From: Fimicolochytrium jonesii
Taxonomy: Eukaryota
Length of the DNA: 64,000 bases
Assembly: GCF_025526975.1 (NCBI RefSeq)
Contig: NW_026515676.1
Span: forward strand, 558,001-622,000
Direction: 5' to 3'
The notes under the pieces were generated by a model. That model was not told the DNA's origin and made no database searches. It was given only the letters and a program-made list of their open reading frames with translations. Shown here piece by piece: positions 1-13,332 of this stretch. The position numbers and the translations under genes are program-made. Every line of letters starts with the position of its first letter. Position 1 is the first letter of the stretch.

Positions 1-66
1 GTTGGACTTGAATGTGTTTCACAAGCGATTGTACTAACAGACATTTCTCTTCACGAACGATCACAG

Positions 67-3000
67 TAACGACTTCGAGCCTCATCCCCAACACGCATTA
101 CAAACTTACCCTCCGTCCGTCCAACCCATCAGACAACCTGCATGGCCCATTTCCACCTGCACATCCATCACACGCGCACATTCACGACCCACCCATTCTG
201 GAAGTCACAGATGTAGCGGATCCTTTCGACCGCTACACTTTCTCATGTACATCAAATGCCCTCGCTGCCGTCGCATCACACGCAGGTTGGGATGCTGAAG
301 AGGATGACATTGAATTTGACGATGATGGTAGGGAGAACCGGAAAGGATTCGGGCGCAAGGTAGCGCATGACAAGAGAGATGGAACTGGGATACCGGACGA
401 GGAGGAAAATGACGAATACAAGTCGTTGTTCGCAAAGTTTGCAAAAGTTCTGAAATCGCTGTTGAGGAAATGCGAGGATGAGCCAAAACAGTAGGTGACG
501 GTTTGCACGCTCTGCTTCGTTACCAAGGTCATCAGAATGCTCATGCCCGTGTTTCGCATAGGTACTCCATTACTGTCTCACATACACCAGCGACAGCCCC
601 CGCGGCGAGCACGATCATTTTGAGAGTCTACAAGCAACTCCCTGTGTCCAGCGCTGCGGAGCGGCAAAGTATCTCAGGCCGCGACGCCCCACCCTCGCGC
701 AAAACAAAACCACGCTTGATGCTCCATTTGGTACTCCAAAAGTCGGACTGGGAAAACACCAAGCGGGATATGTGGGGAGAGATTGTGAGGTTGAGGGTAA
801 GTGCCTTCCATGGATGATTCGTCACTTTTCGTCATCTGGATGTTGATGCTCATTTTCGATTCAGAAACACAACGATGCGTTGACCCTCCGTTTGCTGCAA
901 ACCACCGAATACCTTTGCAAGCACAAGCCGTCCCTGCTGCCGACCTCTTTAGCCAAGGCGCTACTACATCCTCGATATGATTCTCCGTTCAAAGGGTTGG
1001 CTGGTGCGCACGGGATAGGGTCTGATGGCACTGACAGCGATAGAGAAGGTGGGTGAGCAATTATCGCAGATGTCATGGCCAATAGGACTTCCCACTGACA
1101 TCGATGCATCTCCAGTGATAGAGGCACAGCCACTCAAGCTTAACATAATATACCCACCTGCACCAGCACCAATCCCACACAACACACCCGTACAACCGCA
1201 TATGCCTGCATCTGAGCCTGCGCCTTTGCCCAACACATTACCACCGGACGCACATCATCATCACTTCTGCCGCAGGCATCACTGCTGTCGTCACCTCTGC
1301 GACAACAAGCATGCTCATAAGCATTACGCCTCTGATGTGTCGGCGGCTTCGTCGCACCAACATCAGTCCCATCAGCGAACCCGCCGTCATCACGAGAGCA
1401 AGTCTTGCTCACGATGCATCCGCAGAGCGCAACGTGCAGGCATCGACATCACTTCCCCTGCCTTCCATCATCAGTCACACCCCACAGTCGCCCCACCGAT
1501 CGCACATAATCCACATATGTATGCTCCACCCGCTCCACCCCACCAGCCATCCTCACACATGGAAAAGGAAACCTTCATTGCAACCCTCCACCGGCACACC
1601 CGCCTTCTCCACGACTCAACCCGCGGTGCGCGGCGAGTTGGCTATTACACCCTCACCCTTGCGCACTCCACACGCCCGTTCGAGCATTTCACGAGCGGGA
1701 GGATCACCGAGGCGGGGTGGGTAAGGACAATGCTGGGTGGCCAAGCGGGTGCAGATGCTGGGGAGTATGAGGATGTGGAGGATTGGGAAAGTGGGGGAGG
1801 GCAGGCAAGCGAGGGAGTGAAGGATGTGCTGTTTGGGGAGTACATCAAAAAGTGTGACAGTGAGCCGGGGGTGTATCGTGCGGTGTGGACGGCACATCCG
1901 GCGGCGGCTAGGGACATGTTTACGGCGAATATGGACCCCACGCAGTGTCGTTCCACCCATCGTCACCCGAGACATAAACATTCGCACAATCACAAGCAGT
2001 GGTGTATCTACCACGACACGACCGCACCACCAGGGCCAAACGTCGCCGCGACCGCCACAGCACCTATCAGCTACGCCACTTCGCCCGCAGATTCCTCAAC
2101 ATGCACCCTCACATTGCAAACACGCGACCCACCCGACAAGCGGTGGCACACCGTAGTCGCTCTCCCCTTCCACCCTACTTCAAACGCCACGGTAATGCAC
2201 GAGCTACGCGCCACATATTTCGCGCTCACCGAGGAAGTCGAGGAGAAAGCGGGGCGGCTGCGTGGCGTTGTGGAGGGCTGTGTCTGCTCGGAACCGGGGA
2301 TTGTGCGCGGGCTGGGCGAGTGGGTGAGCGTGATTGGGCGTGGGCATGGGCATAAGGAAGATGGTGCCCATGGGGTTGAAAAGAGGGACAGAAGGCCGCT
2401 TAGCGAGATTGGCGGAGGAGGAAGGATGTTTGTTAACCAGGCGAGCCGGCCGCCGGATGTGTTTTGGCGCGATCTGGATCCTTCTACAATCCTCTCCCGC
2501 CGGAAAGAGCAGGATTCCCCACGGCATCAACCGGTTGCTAGTGCTCAGACACTACAGCCACCGCCGCCCAAGGCCACCCACGCGGTTCCGCCACTGCCGC
2601 ACCGTCGCCCTCGCCAACAGGCTGTCGACACGAGCAAAAACCTTGCACATTCCACCATCGCTCAAGCACCACCTTCTACACAAACCGATACCCACGCATG
2701 CAGCCGCCCCGGACGCCACGCCCGGCGCGACCGCAACCACATCCAGCGCATGCAATCCCGCAGCCGCAGCCGCAACCCATCACCATCAAAATCCAAGCGG
2801 CGCGCCGCTGCAGAACAGAAGGCAAAAACCTTAGGCGAACTGCAACGCGCGTTGGATTTACTGAATGAGCGTGCGGAGAGAGTGAAGGTTGTTGCACGGG
2901 AGGCGCATCACGGCGGAGAGGTTGAAGATGCGCGATCTGAGCGTGTTGCTGTCCGTGATGAGGATGATATGGCCTATGATAGAACTGGGCATGAGAGTGC

Positions 3001-3211
3001 GGATGCGTACGCATCGGCCTCCGAGCGCAGTAGAACTACCTCTGAGAGATTGAGAGATTACCTCGCGACAGTTCCACCGCCGCGGGCGTTTCTGCGGCCG
3101 CGCAGGGAACTCTCGGGGGGCTCGGATGGCGACTCCGATGATGAAAAGGAAAGCGAGCGAGGGTGGCCGCGGAACTGGCGGCCGCAGCGTGATGCGCGTA
3201 TGGCGTGGTAA
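67..3211 (+). CDS. 5'-partial spliced gene encoding a protein with two SAS-6/SAS6L-like head domains, His/Pro-rich linkers and a low-complexity tail
   Basis: Predicted exons 67-490, 562-796, 865-1048 and 1116-3211. The GT-AG introns keep frame and join the 12..494, 503..817 and 1025..3211 ORFs. Motifs LEVTDVADPFDRYTF, FAKVLKSLLRKCEDEPKQY and HKPSLL, plus a second copy (LTLAHSTRPFEHF, YIKKCDSEPGVYRAVW, VALPFHPTS), resemble SAS-6 N-terminal domains by eye. Confidence 0.55.
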
Positions 3212-3639
3212 AAGGACTCATGTGTTTGATCTGTGTGATGACGGGGAACGAGGCAAGCGGCGAGGAAGGGGCCGCCGCCGCTGCCCATTTGCGCATTCCG
3301 GCCGCTGCGTTTGCTGAGCGAGAAACCAAGCCTCAAAGGCCTCCCTCCCTCGCATCATTTGCGTCCCATATCTCATGTGCACGTATGTGCTTGATATAAT
3401 GCACGCGTATATGCTTAAAATAATGTACATATACAGCTTCTCTCTCTCTCTCTACTGCAATGCCGGCTCTTTTGATTGCGGTAGTTGTACAAGAATGCAG
3501 TTCAGTACGCCGCGGATGAATCAGAAACTGTACAGGCCGTGCTCTACCGTCGCGATGCTACGCCTCCACACATGGTGGTTACGCTAATAAGATGAAACGT
3601 GAAAGCCAAGGACTCCGAAAATGTGCCGCTAATGATTGT

Positions 3640-6242
3640 CTAGTACTTGTGCTTAAACCGCGTGCGAATCAGGTATCTGCGAAGTCGTAACGAAGTCACC
3701 ATAGTCATGTGCGTGCTCAAATCTAAAGAAGAAGCGAAGTGCACCCCACTTACCTGATCTTCGCCTGCTGCACTTTGTACACGATGAACTCATCATATTG
3801 CAGGTATGCGCCAGGAACCTTGCTCGGTACGCCCTTTCCGCACGGCACATTCACATCGGGCTCGTCAGGGAGCGCAGTGTAATCCTTCGGGTCAGGGGTT
3901 GTTTGGCCCTGCCCGTGAGTGGAATGGCACCCAGCGGCCTCGGCGCCTTCGCCGGCATGGTAATCTGCGTTGGTCAATTTGTGCGTGTCGCCCAATTCCA
4001 CTTCGCAGAGAAGGAGAATGCCAGTTGGCGAGGAGCGGCTGGTGCAGCAGTAGTTGGCGCTTTTGGAAACCATGTTGGCGAAGTAGATCCCCTTTCCGAA
4101 CTGTAAGCAAGGATGTGTATCCAGTTGAGTGCCTGCGGGGTGGCATAATCCAACCGCGTAAGAAACGTACCATGTAACCAGTCACTGGAGCCTCTGGTGG
4201 TGCAATTTTCAATCCTTGAGACAAGATACCGACAAAGTTTGTGCTGAGAGATCGAAGTTCAATCGCCAGTGACGGTCGCAGGAACCGGACGGGTCAGAAT
4301 CTACTTACAGACGACTACCATGCCAGAGCAGCTGTTTGTTATGCAACGATTTGCAGCGATCGGCCTCGTCCTCACGCGCAACCTTATTTGATTGGCATCG
4401 GTCAAGACCCCAATCTCGTATGGACAAACGGATCAAGCGCACGCAAGAACCTACATCGAAGATGTCCTCAATCTCAAGGCTGTAGCTGTTGTGCGTGGCC
4501 GCATGCGTGTTCTTCATGTACTTTTCGATCAGAGTGAAAGTCGGCGACTCCCTATCTATGGGTTTAAGACCCGTGTTCAGCGACTTGTAATGGTTGTCGA
4601 TGGGATTCGAGTCCAAGAGATTCTTCGTAGACTTGAGAATCTCCGTTGCGACTTCGATGTCCCCAAGAGCCTCGACCATTTCAAGCTTGGACTTGAGCAA
4701 CTGGGGCGTATTGATCACCGTCGGCCGGGTGGTGTTGGGAAAAACATGTGGGATGATGGTGTAGAAGAGGCTGCTCAATTCGATCAAGACATCCCTGCTA
4801 GGCTTTGGCTTCGCCAGTTCATCGGAAATTGCGGCCAGAGCGTTATATCCTTTCTTGATGTTTGTTTTGGTCAGCTTCCCCAACGGCAACTTCTTGGCGT
4901 CATATCCAATTTCGACCATGCTTTGAGTCATCATTTCCACATTGAATATCAGACTAATAAGATCTTGAACTCGGCTCGGTAACTTTGAATCCGGGACTTT
5001 GACTTCTTCCTTCACAGCATCTCCATCCTCAGATGCTTTCGATTCCTTGTTGTCCTCCAGATCATCTCCGTAGTCGCGTTCGAGAAGGAAATATTTCCCT
5101 GGGTGCTTGACAAACTCAGCTCGATCGTCCCAGTCGTTCTTCGTCTTGTCCCGAAACTTTCCCTTAAACCTGCAATGTTTTGGGGCAGCTTATTTATCAC
5201 CTGCACAATGGATAACACATCAAATAAAGAACTTCATTTATAGCTAACCCGGCAATTGCACGGTCCAGGGAAATTTGCTCCAGCTTGTCCTGCCCGGTAG
5301 CTCCGACCCTTCCCCATCTGGAAACGATCTGTCAGTAGAGCGTCTGAGAATGGAGGCATCCAGATGGCGTGACGCCGCCCCAAACCTGTTCCAAAGGTAG
5401 TATGACTTGTTTGCGTCGTCTTCCAGCACTTGGATAACATAGAATTTGTTGTTGTTGTTCTTGATCTCCGTTTGGTTGAGCATGCAATCTGAACGTGAGG
5501 AGAATCGATGAGAAGATTTTCTCGTGTAGGGAGCACTCCGTTGCGAAACCCACCATACACGCCGGACTCGTCCTCGTATACGTGGCAGGTTCGTGCCACA
5601 GGGCAAACCTCGTCAACAACGGCGTTCCCTTTCTTGATGAATTTCACCATTTTGGCCGGCTCCTCCGGCACAGCATCTTCGTCGTCTTCGGTTTCGCGTT
5701 TTCGCTTGCTACCGGCTTCGGTCTTTGTTTTCTTTCCATTCGTTGGCTTTTCCTCTTCGGCCTCATCCTCATCCTCCTGCTCGTCGTCCTCGTCTCTTTC
5801 ATCGGCGTCCACCTTGAAGTCCTCAGTGTTCAAGATTTTACCTTGCTGGGCTGAGCAAACGAAATAATCCAGGGACACAACGGAAACATCGGTGCGCCCC
5901 TTAGCAGTTTTCAACTTTGCTGACTGCTTAAGAACATCGTCAGGTACGACCACAAGGTGCGTTAACTGTGCCAACGGGAACGATATTGTCAGATGGCTGA
6001 AATCAGGAGGCACGCTAGGCGATACGATCCTGTCGGAGCGAGACAGCCGCACTCACCGCTTTCGTCACAGAGGCGACGACTTTCCCGCCACAAGCGTTGA
6101 TATAGGAGAGCGCTTGACTTGCTCTCCGGTCTTTGGCAGCATAGGCAGAAAGGGTGATGACGAGGCTATCGAACAGGGTGGAGTCCGGGACGGCAGGAGT
6201 ATCGGTCTTTGCAGCCTGCTTCCCTCTTGTCTTGGGCGGCAT
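3640..6242 (-). CDS. PARP: Poly(ADP-ribose) polymerase (BRCT-WGR-regulatory-catalytic)
   Basis: About 9 exons with GT-AG introns. Contains a BRCT-like N-terminus ([17 protein letters not shown]), WGR domain ([17 protein letters not shown]), regulatory domain (KKLPLGKL) and the catalytic H-Y-E motifs LWHGSR, GKGIYFA and YDEFIVY. Last exon reads [12 protein letters not shown]. Confidence 0.95.
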
Positions 6243-6760
6243 TCTGAGAGCGCAGTTCTTGGGTGAGGAGGGGGTTGTGGCAGAGAAGAAGCGGCACGAC
6301 GTTCAAGGGCTTTTATGTATGCGCCGGGTAGAAGCCACGAAAGGGCGAGCGGTCACTGGGAATATTGCAATCTGCTAATGGACTGCTGTGCCACTCCCGC
6401 CCTCCAGCGATTTCGACACTGCTTTCGACAGGCTCCGCCGTGGGCGCCAGGGACTGAGGGACAATCGCTCACAAGTTGGAGTAAGGGTCCGTAAACTTTA
6501 CGCTTGATGCGAACAAAGCGCCCCTCCCCCCAAGGCGGTTCCAGGTGTGGCACACCACAAATGCTTCTATTTCCATCGTGGCATCTGCGTCTTCCTCTCA
6601 ATATGGTTTACAATGCGGTTACTTTCGACAAAAGTCGGCCACCATATCCAGATTTCACAGCTCACTATTATCGGCTTCTCGTTTTCAGTCAGAACGCCCA
6701 GAACCGTTTGAAAGGACATCCCGCAGCCCGCATCAATACACTAGAATCAAGACGAACGAC

Positions 6761-8806
6761 ATGGCCGCACTCGGCGAACAACGACCTCGCTTCGGACCGC
6801 AAGGCAGCCGCATGCGTCGCTCGCAATCCAACCCAGCCTTCGTGCAAGAGCAAGCCGACACGTTCACCGGGTTCTTGTGGAAACACTCTCGCACGCATCC
6901 CAGCCGATGGATGCGCAGGCACTTCCGCTTCGAAAACAACTACCTATCCTACCACCACTCAGCGGCCGTTAACTCGCCACCACGCTTCGTCATCCATGCA
7001 TCGGCCATCGACCGGGTTGTGGCGAGGGGAGCGCCCGCTTCGGGGATAGGAGGCCATGTGTTTGATATCTTCTTCAAAGACGGCAGCCCCGCCATTGAGG
7101 TGGCCGCTATCACCAAGCCAAAGATGGAGCAATGCGTCACTGTGCTGGTGCGGGGTATAGCGTCGAAAAAAGACGCAAAAGAGACGCTGACCGTAGAGGT
7201 TGCCGCCACGGAGGCGGTCGCTGACCGACCGCTGTCCTTCCACTCGGCCCCGCCCCGCGCTGTACCACTCTTATGGCCATTTCCGGACGTTCCGCTGGAC
7301 CCACCTGCGTCGCGTCGGAAATCAGACGCTGAAAAGGGTACATCCAAGTTTGATGGCCAACTACCTGCTCTCCCGAAACTTCCGTCGCTCGCAGAGCTTA
7401 TGGCTCGCGTTGACCAGGCGGTGGCGGACATACCGCGGACCACGATCGACTTTGTGGCTGATGAGAAAAATGACAGGGAGCCTCAGACTGGGGAAGCATC
7501 TGAGCAGAGAGGGTTGGAAGAGGGAGAAGCCGAGCAAACAGGGTTGAAAACGCCGGTGCAAAAGTCCAGTCTGAAAATGCCAACGTGGTCGAACAGCACG
7601 GGCGGAGCGACCGCGATTTCCAACGCCGCGGCGAAAAATGGGGGATCACAGGAAAACCTCACAGGATACCAGCCTCTGCCAGGTCGAGTGCTGCAGCAAT
7701 TCCAGCGGTCAAAATCCATCACCTCGAAACCAAACACAAAAGCGAGCACCACCACCGCACCCACGATCGCAACACTTCCATCTCGGGGAGGATCGTCGAC
7801 GACGGGGCAAAAGGAGCGGAGGAACGCTGCTCTGTTCCCCAGTTACTCAACCTCGGATCTGTACACACCCGACCCAATGCTCACTTCATCATCGGGGCCT
7901 CACCCATCGGGACCTCGCCCATCGGCTTTGCATAGTACGGAAACGCTTGATGCGTTGATGCAGGCTTTGCGCAATGAGCCTAAGTTTGTAGGCAACCCGC
8001 GTCGGTACGGCATGCTGCCACCGCGGGTGGCGAATCTGTTAAAGGATTTGCCACCACTACCAAAGGGGGCGGAGGAGACGGTGAAGGCATACAAGGCACC
8101 GGTCCGTCCCGTTTCATCCGTCCCAGGCACCGAAACCGACTTCAACGACAATCTTGCAACGATCATGTCCGACACCTCTACACCCACCACCGAACAAACC
8201 CACCGTCACCGCAAATCCGTCGACAGCGCCCGGACCATCATCCGCCCCGCCCCCATCGAAGTCGCCGCCGATCACACCCTCCCAACAGCCAACCTCTCCC
8301 CACTCTCCCCCAGCCGCGACCTCCTCCGCACCCCCGTCGCCGAGTCCCCGCTCGCAACCGGTCTCGATCCCGCCCGCACGACCTCACCCGCCACACGACA
8401 GGCCGTGCTGCTGAAAGTGATCAACATCCTCCGTCACGGCGACGCGTTGCATGAGCGGCTAAATCAGGAAGAGGAGAAATTGATGGAGGCCGTGGACCAG
8501 TTTGGGAAAGGCGGGAACGCGACGTCGGGGAAGGCGACCGAGCTGGCGGCGAGGACGAAGGCAAGGCGGAAGGCGTTGGATGAGTTTCGGATTGCGGTCG
8601 AGGATTTGGGTCGAAAGACTAGGGGTTACATCCGTAAGTTGCCTTTGGGTACCGGTGGTGGTGATGAGGGGGCGAAGGAGGATAAGACCTTATCGATTGC
8701 GAGTGATGCATCGATTTCAAACGCTGCGATTGATTTGGTGGAGAGTGTAGAGGTGACCATCATGAAGCTCGCGCAGTTGAAAGAGATCTTTGGGCCTTTA
8801 ATGTGA
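6761..8806 (+). CDS. PH-domain protein with a long disordered region and C-terminal helical/coiled-coil region
   Basis: Single long ORF with first ATG at 6761. N-terminal FTGFLWKHSRTHPSRWMRRHFRFENNYLSY...FDIFF is a PH-domain signature. Confidence 0.75.
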   Translation: MAALGEQRPRFGPQGSRMRRSQSNPAFVQEQADTFTGFLWKHSRTHPSRWMRRHFRFENNYLSYHHSAAVNSPPRFVIHASAIDRVVARGAPASGIGGHVFDIFFKDGSPAIEVAAITKPKMEQCVTVLVRGIASKKDAKETLTVEVAATEAVADRPLSFHSAPPRAVPLLWPFPDVPLDPPASRRKSDAEKGTSKFDGQLPALPKLPSLAELMARVDQAVADIPRTTIDFVADEKNDREPQTGEASEQRGLEEGEAEQTGLKTPVQKSSLKMPTWSNSTGGATAISNAAAKNGGSQENLTGYQPLPGRVLQQFQRSKSITSKPNTKASTTTAPTIATLPSRGGSSTTGQKERRNAALFPSYSTSDLYTPDPMLTSSSGPHPSGPRPSALHSTETLDALMQALRNEPKFVGNPRRYGMLPPRVANLLKDLPPLPKGAEETVKAYKAPVRPVSSVPGTETDFNDNLATIMSDTSTPTTEQTHRHRKSVDSARTIIRPAPIEVAADHTLPTANLSPLSPSRDLLRTPVAESPLATGLDPARTTSPATRQAVLLKVINILRHGDALHERLNQEEEKLMEAVDQFGKGGNATSGKATELAARTKARRKALDEFRIAVEDLGRKTRGYIRKLPLGTGGGDEGAKEDKTLSIASDASISNAAIDLVESVEVTIMKLAQLKEIFGPLM

Positions 8807-9205
8807 GGCTCTCAACTTCGCTCATCCTTGGAGCGATGGATCCTTTCTCGACTTATAATGCGAGGACGCAGATAGGCGCAGTTAGAGTAGGCCTTTTGCA
8901 AACTTGTGTTTCGAGAAAACTCGTAATTGATAGAATGATACCTGGTGTGTTTGATCCAATTCGGAAAACGTTTGAGGGGGGTATATTTGAAGGAAAAGAT
9001 TCCAAAAAAATAGGGACGATATTATACATAGGGTGAAGGTAACCTTCCTCACCGGTTGAGCGTTATGGAAGGGGAAGCACCTAAGCTATCATGATACTGG
9101 CACAGTTGATGTAAAACTAATATCCCATTGACGATTGAATCCAAGTCCAAAGTTCATGTCGAAAATGCGGCAAGTAACAGTTGTGATGGGTGGATAGCGC
9201 GGTGG

Positions 9206-10307
9206 CTATTGCCACGAGAAATACAACACGATATTAGTGGTATTATCATCCAAGCTCAGTCGGTCGAGGCCAGCCAAGCTCGCTTGCGTTATGTAGTTGC
9301 TGGCAGATGTCGCGTCCGCGTTGCTGCTGACGGCTTTAATTATGTCGTCGTCGGTTACTCCGTCCCACACGCCGTCGGTGGCCATTACGAGGAACCGATC
9401 CGAGGGGGTTAGCGTCACGACGTCGACTTCTGGTTCGCACGTTATTCCTAGGCGGCGGGCCACGTTGTCTCCTAATGTTCTGGTCACCACTAGCCTGCAT
9501 GCATGAGGGAGATTAGTTTTTCGGAGTGCGGGCTTGTGAAATCTGCAGATGGATAACTTACCCAGGATATGGCAACGTGCCCTTGAAGATCCGCAGGGGT
9601 CCTGTTTCGAATTCCACGTCCGCAATCAGAAAGGAAGGCTCAGATTTGCACACAGAGAACGTCCTAAACGACGTACCGTCGGTATTGCCATCCGTTGGTA
9701 AGCTCTCTACTCTCGCCCCGGCTTTTGTCACCCTCTCGTACTCTCCTGGATCTGTGCAATTATGATCTCTGCATCATTCGTCCCAGAAGTTTGACGAAAG
9801 AAACATGGTAAGCATTTCACGCGTGCGCCAACCTTTGCCGTCTTTCTCATTTCAACAGTCAGCCTCCTCTCACCTCGTCAACGGCCGGAGCGACAGGCCG
9901 CCCTGGGCCTCCGTCCGTCCCAGGACCACGCGACTGTCGCCAATATGCGCCACATAAAGCGTCTCGCCTACCAGCAACACCAACGCGACGGTCGATCCCG
10001 ACATGTACGTATCGATGCTCTGCTCATCCTCCAGTTTCTCGTTCACGAGACGAAACACGTTCGTGAACGCGGTTTTCGGGTCCCCTGCTAATATCTGTTC
10101 CGCGTGTTGCGCAACGACGGCGGCGAACTGCTCTTTGACGAACTGTGCGACTTTTGTTCCTTCACTGCCGTGGCCGTCCAGGATGATAAAGAGGTAGGTT
10201 GGATGTGGGTTTGAGGGGATCGCGGAAGGGTGTATCAGGAAGGCATCTTGTTGGGAGGCGCGTCGGCCAATGTCGGTGCTCGCACCATATGAGACCGTAA
10301 GTGGCAT
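9206..10307 (-). CDS. Protein phosphatase 2C (PPM family)
   Basis: Four exons (about 10307-9874, 9768-9677, 9601-9562, 9494-9206). Motifs GRRASQQDA, LDGHG, SGST, HIGDSR, DHN, TRTLGD, ATDGVWD and DNTT. Confidence 0.93.
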
Positions 10308-11059
10308 CGCTCGAGACTAAGTAGCGCTGCGGTTCCGGAAGAAAGTGGTGCGGTTGATCTCGGGAGAGTGTAGTTGACTTCTCGTTATGTGCTGAGCTCA
10401 ATAGTGGGAAAAAGCCAAGACAGACACAATTGCGTTTTGGCCCTGGCGACTGCTCCTCCAGAGATGGCCTCCCGATGCGACCCTGTAGCACCTTGAATAC
10501 AGCGAACACGAGCCAAGCTACCAGCCGGACCCGAAAGGAAAGGCAGCTGATGGTGAGGACAGTCGAACGGGATGGCCGGAAGTGTTGAGAAGGAAAGGGA
10601 ACGGAAACCGGCAGGAATTTTGAAAATTTTGAGGGTTGAAGCCGCAATCCGATAAAGTTGATTGATGACTTGCTGAGCCATGCGATCCCAATCGACAGCA
10701 CCCACTAGGGCAAAATGACGGGAACCAGCCACGCCACTTCCAAACTCCGCTCATTCTCACCCCGGCTTCTTTCTTGCATGCACTGGATTACTCGCACTCC
10801 TTTGCTGACCTGAAGCTGCATCACGGCGTTTCCATACACCCAAGTTCCCAGCTTTTCAACCGTTTCATTACGCATTTCTGCTGTACGCTATCTTGCTCTG
10901 AAAAGTTAGGACTGGTATCTGCGAAAAGTGGATTTGCGATTGGAGACTAATTTCTCCCCGTTCGCACAGCAGGTTCAGCCTGACGAAGCGAGGCGGAGAC
11001 ATTGGCGACTAGTTCCAGAAGCGAATGCCGCAAATACATGTGACGGTAGCGCGATCATC

Positions 11060-12739
11060 ATGGCGACACTTCCACAACTAGATACAGCGCCACACCACCA
11101 TGCCCATGGTCCACACGCATCACATGGTGGAGAAGGTCACATCCAATCCCACCACTCCCATTACCACCATTTCCAGCAACAGCATCCCGCTCCACTGATC
11201 CATGCACATTCCCGGCCCCTTCCACTCCACACACAGGCGCCGCCCAGCGCGCTTATCACAACCGGCCACAGCCAACACCACCACCATGGCGCCCCGCCAA
11301 AACCAGAAACATGGTCCCATCGACATTTCCCAACCTACCATGCGACCTCATCAAAGCTTCTGAGTAAGAAGTGGGAGGAGAGGGCGAGGCAGATTCATCT
11401 GCAGAAACTGAGGAATGCTGCTTGTACGGTTGATAATCGGCCGCCCAAGAGGCGGCCGCATCTGGAGGTCAGGCTGAAGAAGCTGCAGTCTGAGCAAGGT
11501 GAGGGTTAAGAAAACAAGCAAGCTAAAAAGTAGGGGCTTAAACAGAGGGTCACGCTAACCGAACCTACACCAGAACGACTGTACGAAATTGAACGAGCAA
11601 ACCACATCCTCCTCGACCGCATCTCTTTCCAAATGCAAGCCGCATCCAACCTCCAACCCGGGATCTCACCAGCTGCTGACGAGCCTACCCCCGTTCCTGG
11701 CGGGACCACCGTCCTAACCGCTTCTGGTACGCCAGCGCCTGGCAGTCTGCACGGTCCACGGCGCGCACAAATTCTTCGCTCGATAGCGAAAGAGAATGCA
11801 ACGATCATGCAGCGCATCGAGGACCAGCCACCCAACTACAAGCGCTCGAACTGGACGCGGGAACGATGCAAGAATCTGGACTACTTGCGCAACATTGCAA
11901 GTTTCCCGGAGAGTTATACGCGCCTGTTGGAGGATCATTTGGAGATTGGCCGGAAGAAGAAAAATGGAGAGGCCGGTGCATGCGGGCCGGGATGTTCGCA
12001 TGGGCATTCCGGGCATGGAACGGCGCAGGAGGGACCGAGAAAGCTGGCGCCCCCGCCTGTGCAAAGACCCAAGACGGCGCAGAACCCGAGAACAGGCGGG
12101 CTGAACTCACCCACGGTGGCTACGCTCGGCAACCCGAGAATGTCGGCGTCGCTGATCGGACCGCGGGGAATCGTCGGAAGGCCGCAGCGGGCAGGCTCCG
12201 CACGCGATTTGGGGAGCAAACGGGCCAGCCTGCTTGAACTGGCGCGTGGGGATGACGACTTGGACTTGGCACCGAGCGAGGAAGGGACGGCGGGAGAAGA
12301 GGACTGGGTGCCTGTGTTAGAAACGGGGCGTCCGCAGACCAGAGTCAATCGGATGAAGGGACCGTTGTCAGAGTATGGGGAGAGTGAAGATGAGCGGGAG
12401 AGGGACCGGGGACGACAGACCGAAACGGCGTCTTTCGGGTTCGAAACAGAGAATGAATCTGAGGGTGCGGGGCCGAGCCGGCCCGAATCTCGAGAACAGC
12501 TTGATGACGAGCAGCGGTACGATGGAGGGGCTGCTGCGGAGGCAGAGGAAGAAGACAACGAACCTGCACCAACGCAAAGACACGCGACACCCTCAGAAGC
12601 CGCTGATGAGCAACTAGCGGGAGCCTTCGCAGAGCAAGGCAATCAATACAGCGACGAGTATGACAACGAAAAGTTCGAGTCCTTGCCCTCCTTACCCGCT
12701 CAAGACTCGCGACCCGTCTCTGCAATTGTGGATTATTGA
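11060..12739 (+). CDS. CFAP97-domain (KIAA1430/hemingway-like) flagellar protein with His-rich N-terminus and acidic tail
   Basis: Exons 11060-11498 and 11574-12739 (intron has CTAAC branch site). Spliced motif LLSKKW...HLQKL...VDNRPP...HLEVRLKKLQSEQERLYEIERANHILLDRI and IAKENATIMQRIEDQPPNY match the CFAP97D pattern. Confidence 0.78.
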
Positions 12740-13071
12740 TCACACAGACCCATTCCCGCGGCAGTGTAGCTGTAGAAGACCAACCCCACTTACATAATGT
12801 AATCACCAACAGTAAAAACCTTGAGCCAGCATGGCAGCATCTGTCTTTTGTAGTGAGTGTGCGAGACTAGCGAGGTGTCCGGCAACTTTCTCCAAGACGC
12901 GTTCCTGTTCTATTCCTGTCCGCCCTCCGGGACCTCCGAGACCTCCGTGTCGACCGTCAAAAGCTCAAGCCACGACTCTCAAATCGACAGCCTGAAAGGA
13001 GGAACATCTGCCAACCCACGCCTGCTTAAAACGCCAAGAAGGAGACCAGTCCCCGTCATCCCACCACCACC

Positions 13072-13332
13072 ATGTCCACACTCTTCAACGTTGCCTTGCT
13101 GCTCTTCATCATCAACGCCTTTACCGCCCTCTTCTTCTTCTTCGACAAAGAACGATCTCTTAAACAAGGATGTGGGTGTGACGTCGTGAAGATGGCTGCT
13201 GATCGTCTACCTGGATTTTTTTCTCTGTGTTTCTTTCGACGTTCTGTTCCTGCCGTTATGGTGACTCGTTTTTCGGTGACAAGCAGATCGCCGCTCTCGG
13301 AAGCGTACTGGTGGGTACCAGCAAATTTGTGA
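13072..13332 (+). CDS. Small membrane protein, DUF1294-like N-terminus; exon structure unresolved
   Basis: MSTLFNVALLLFIINAFTALFFFFDKERSLKQG resembles the DUF1294 'IN..TF..Y..DK.RA..G' start. Candidate donor at 13172; downstream exons could not be fixed. Confidence 0.35.
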   Translation: MSTLFNVALLLFIINAFTALFFFFDKERSLKQGCGCDVVKMAADRLPGFFSLCFFRRSVPAVMVTRFSVTSRSPLSEAYWWVPANL

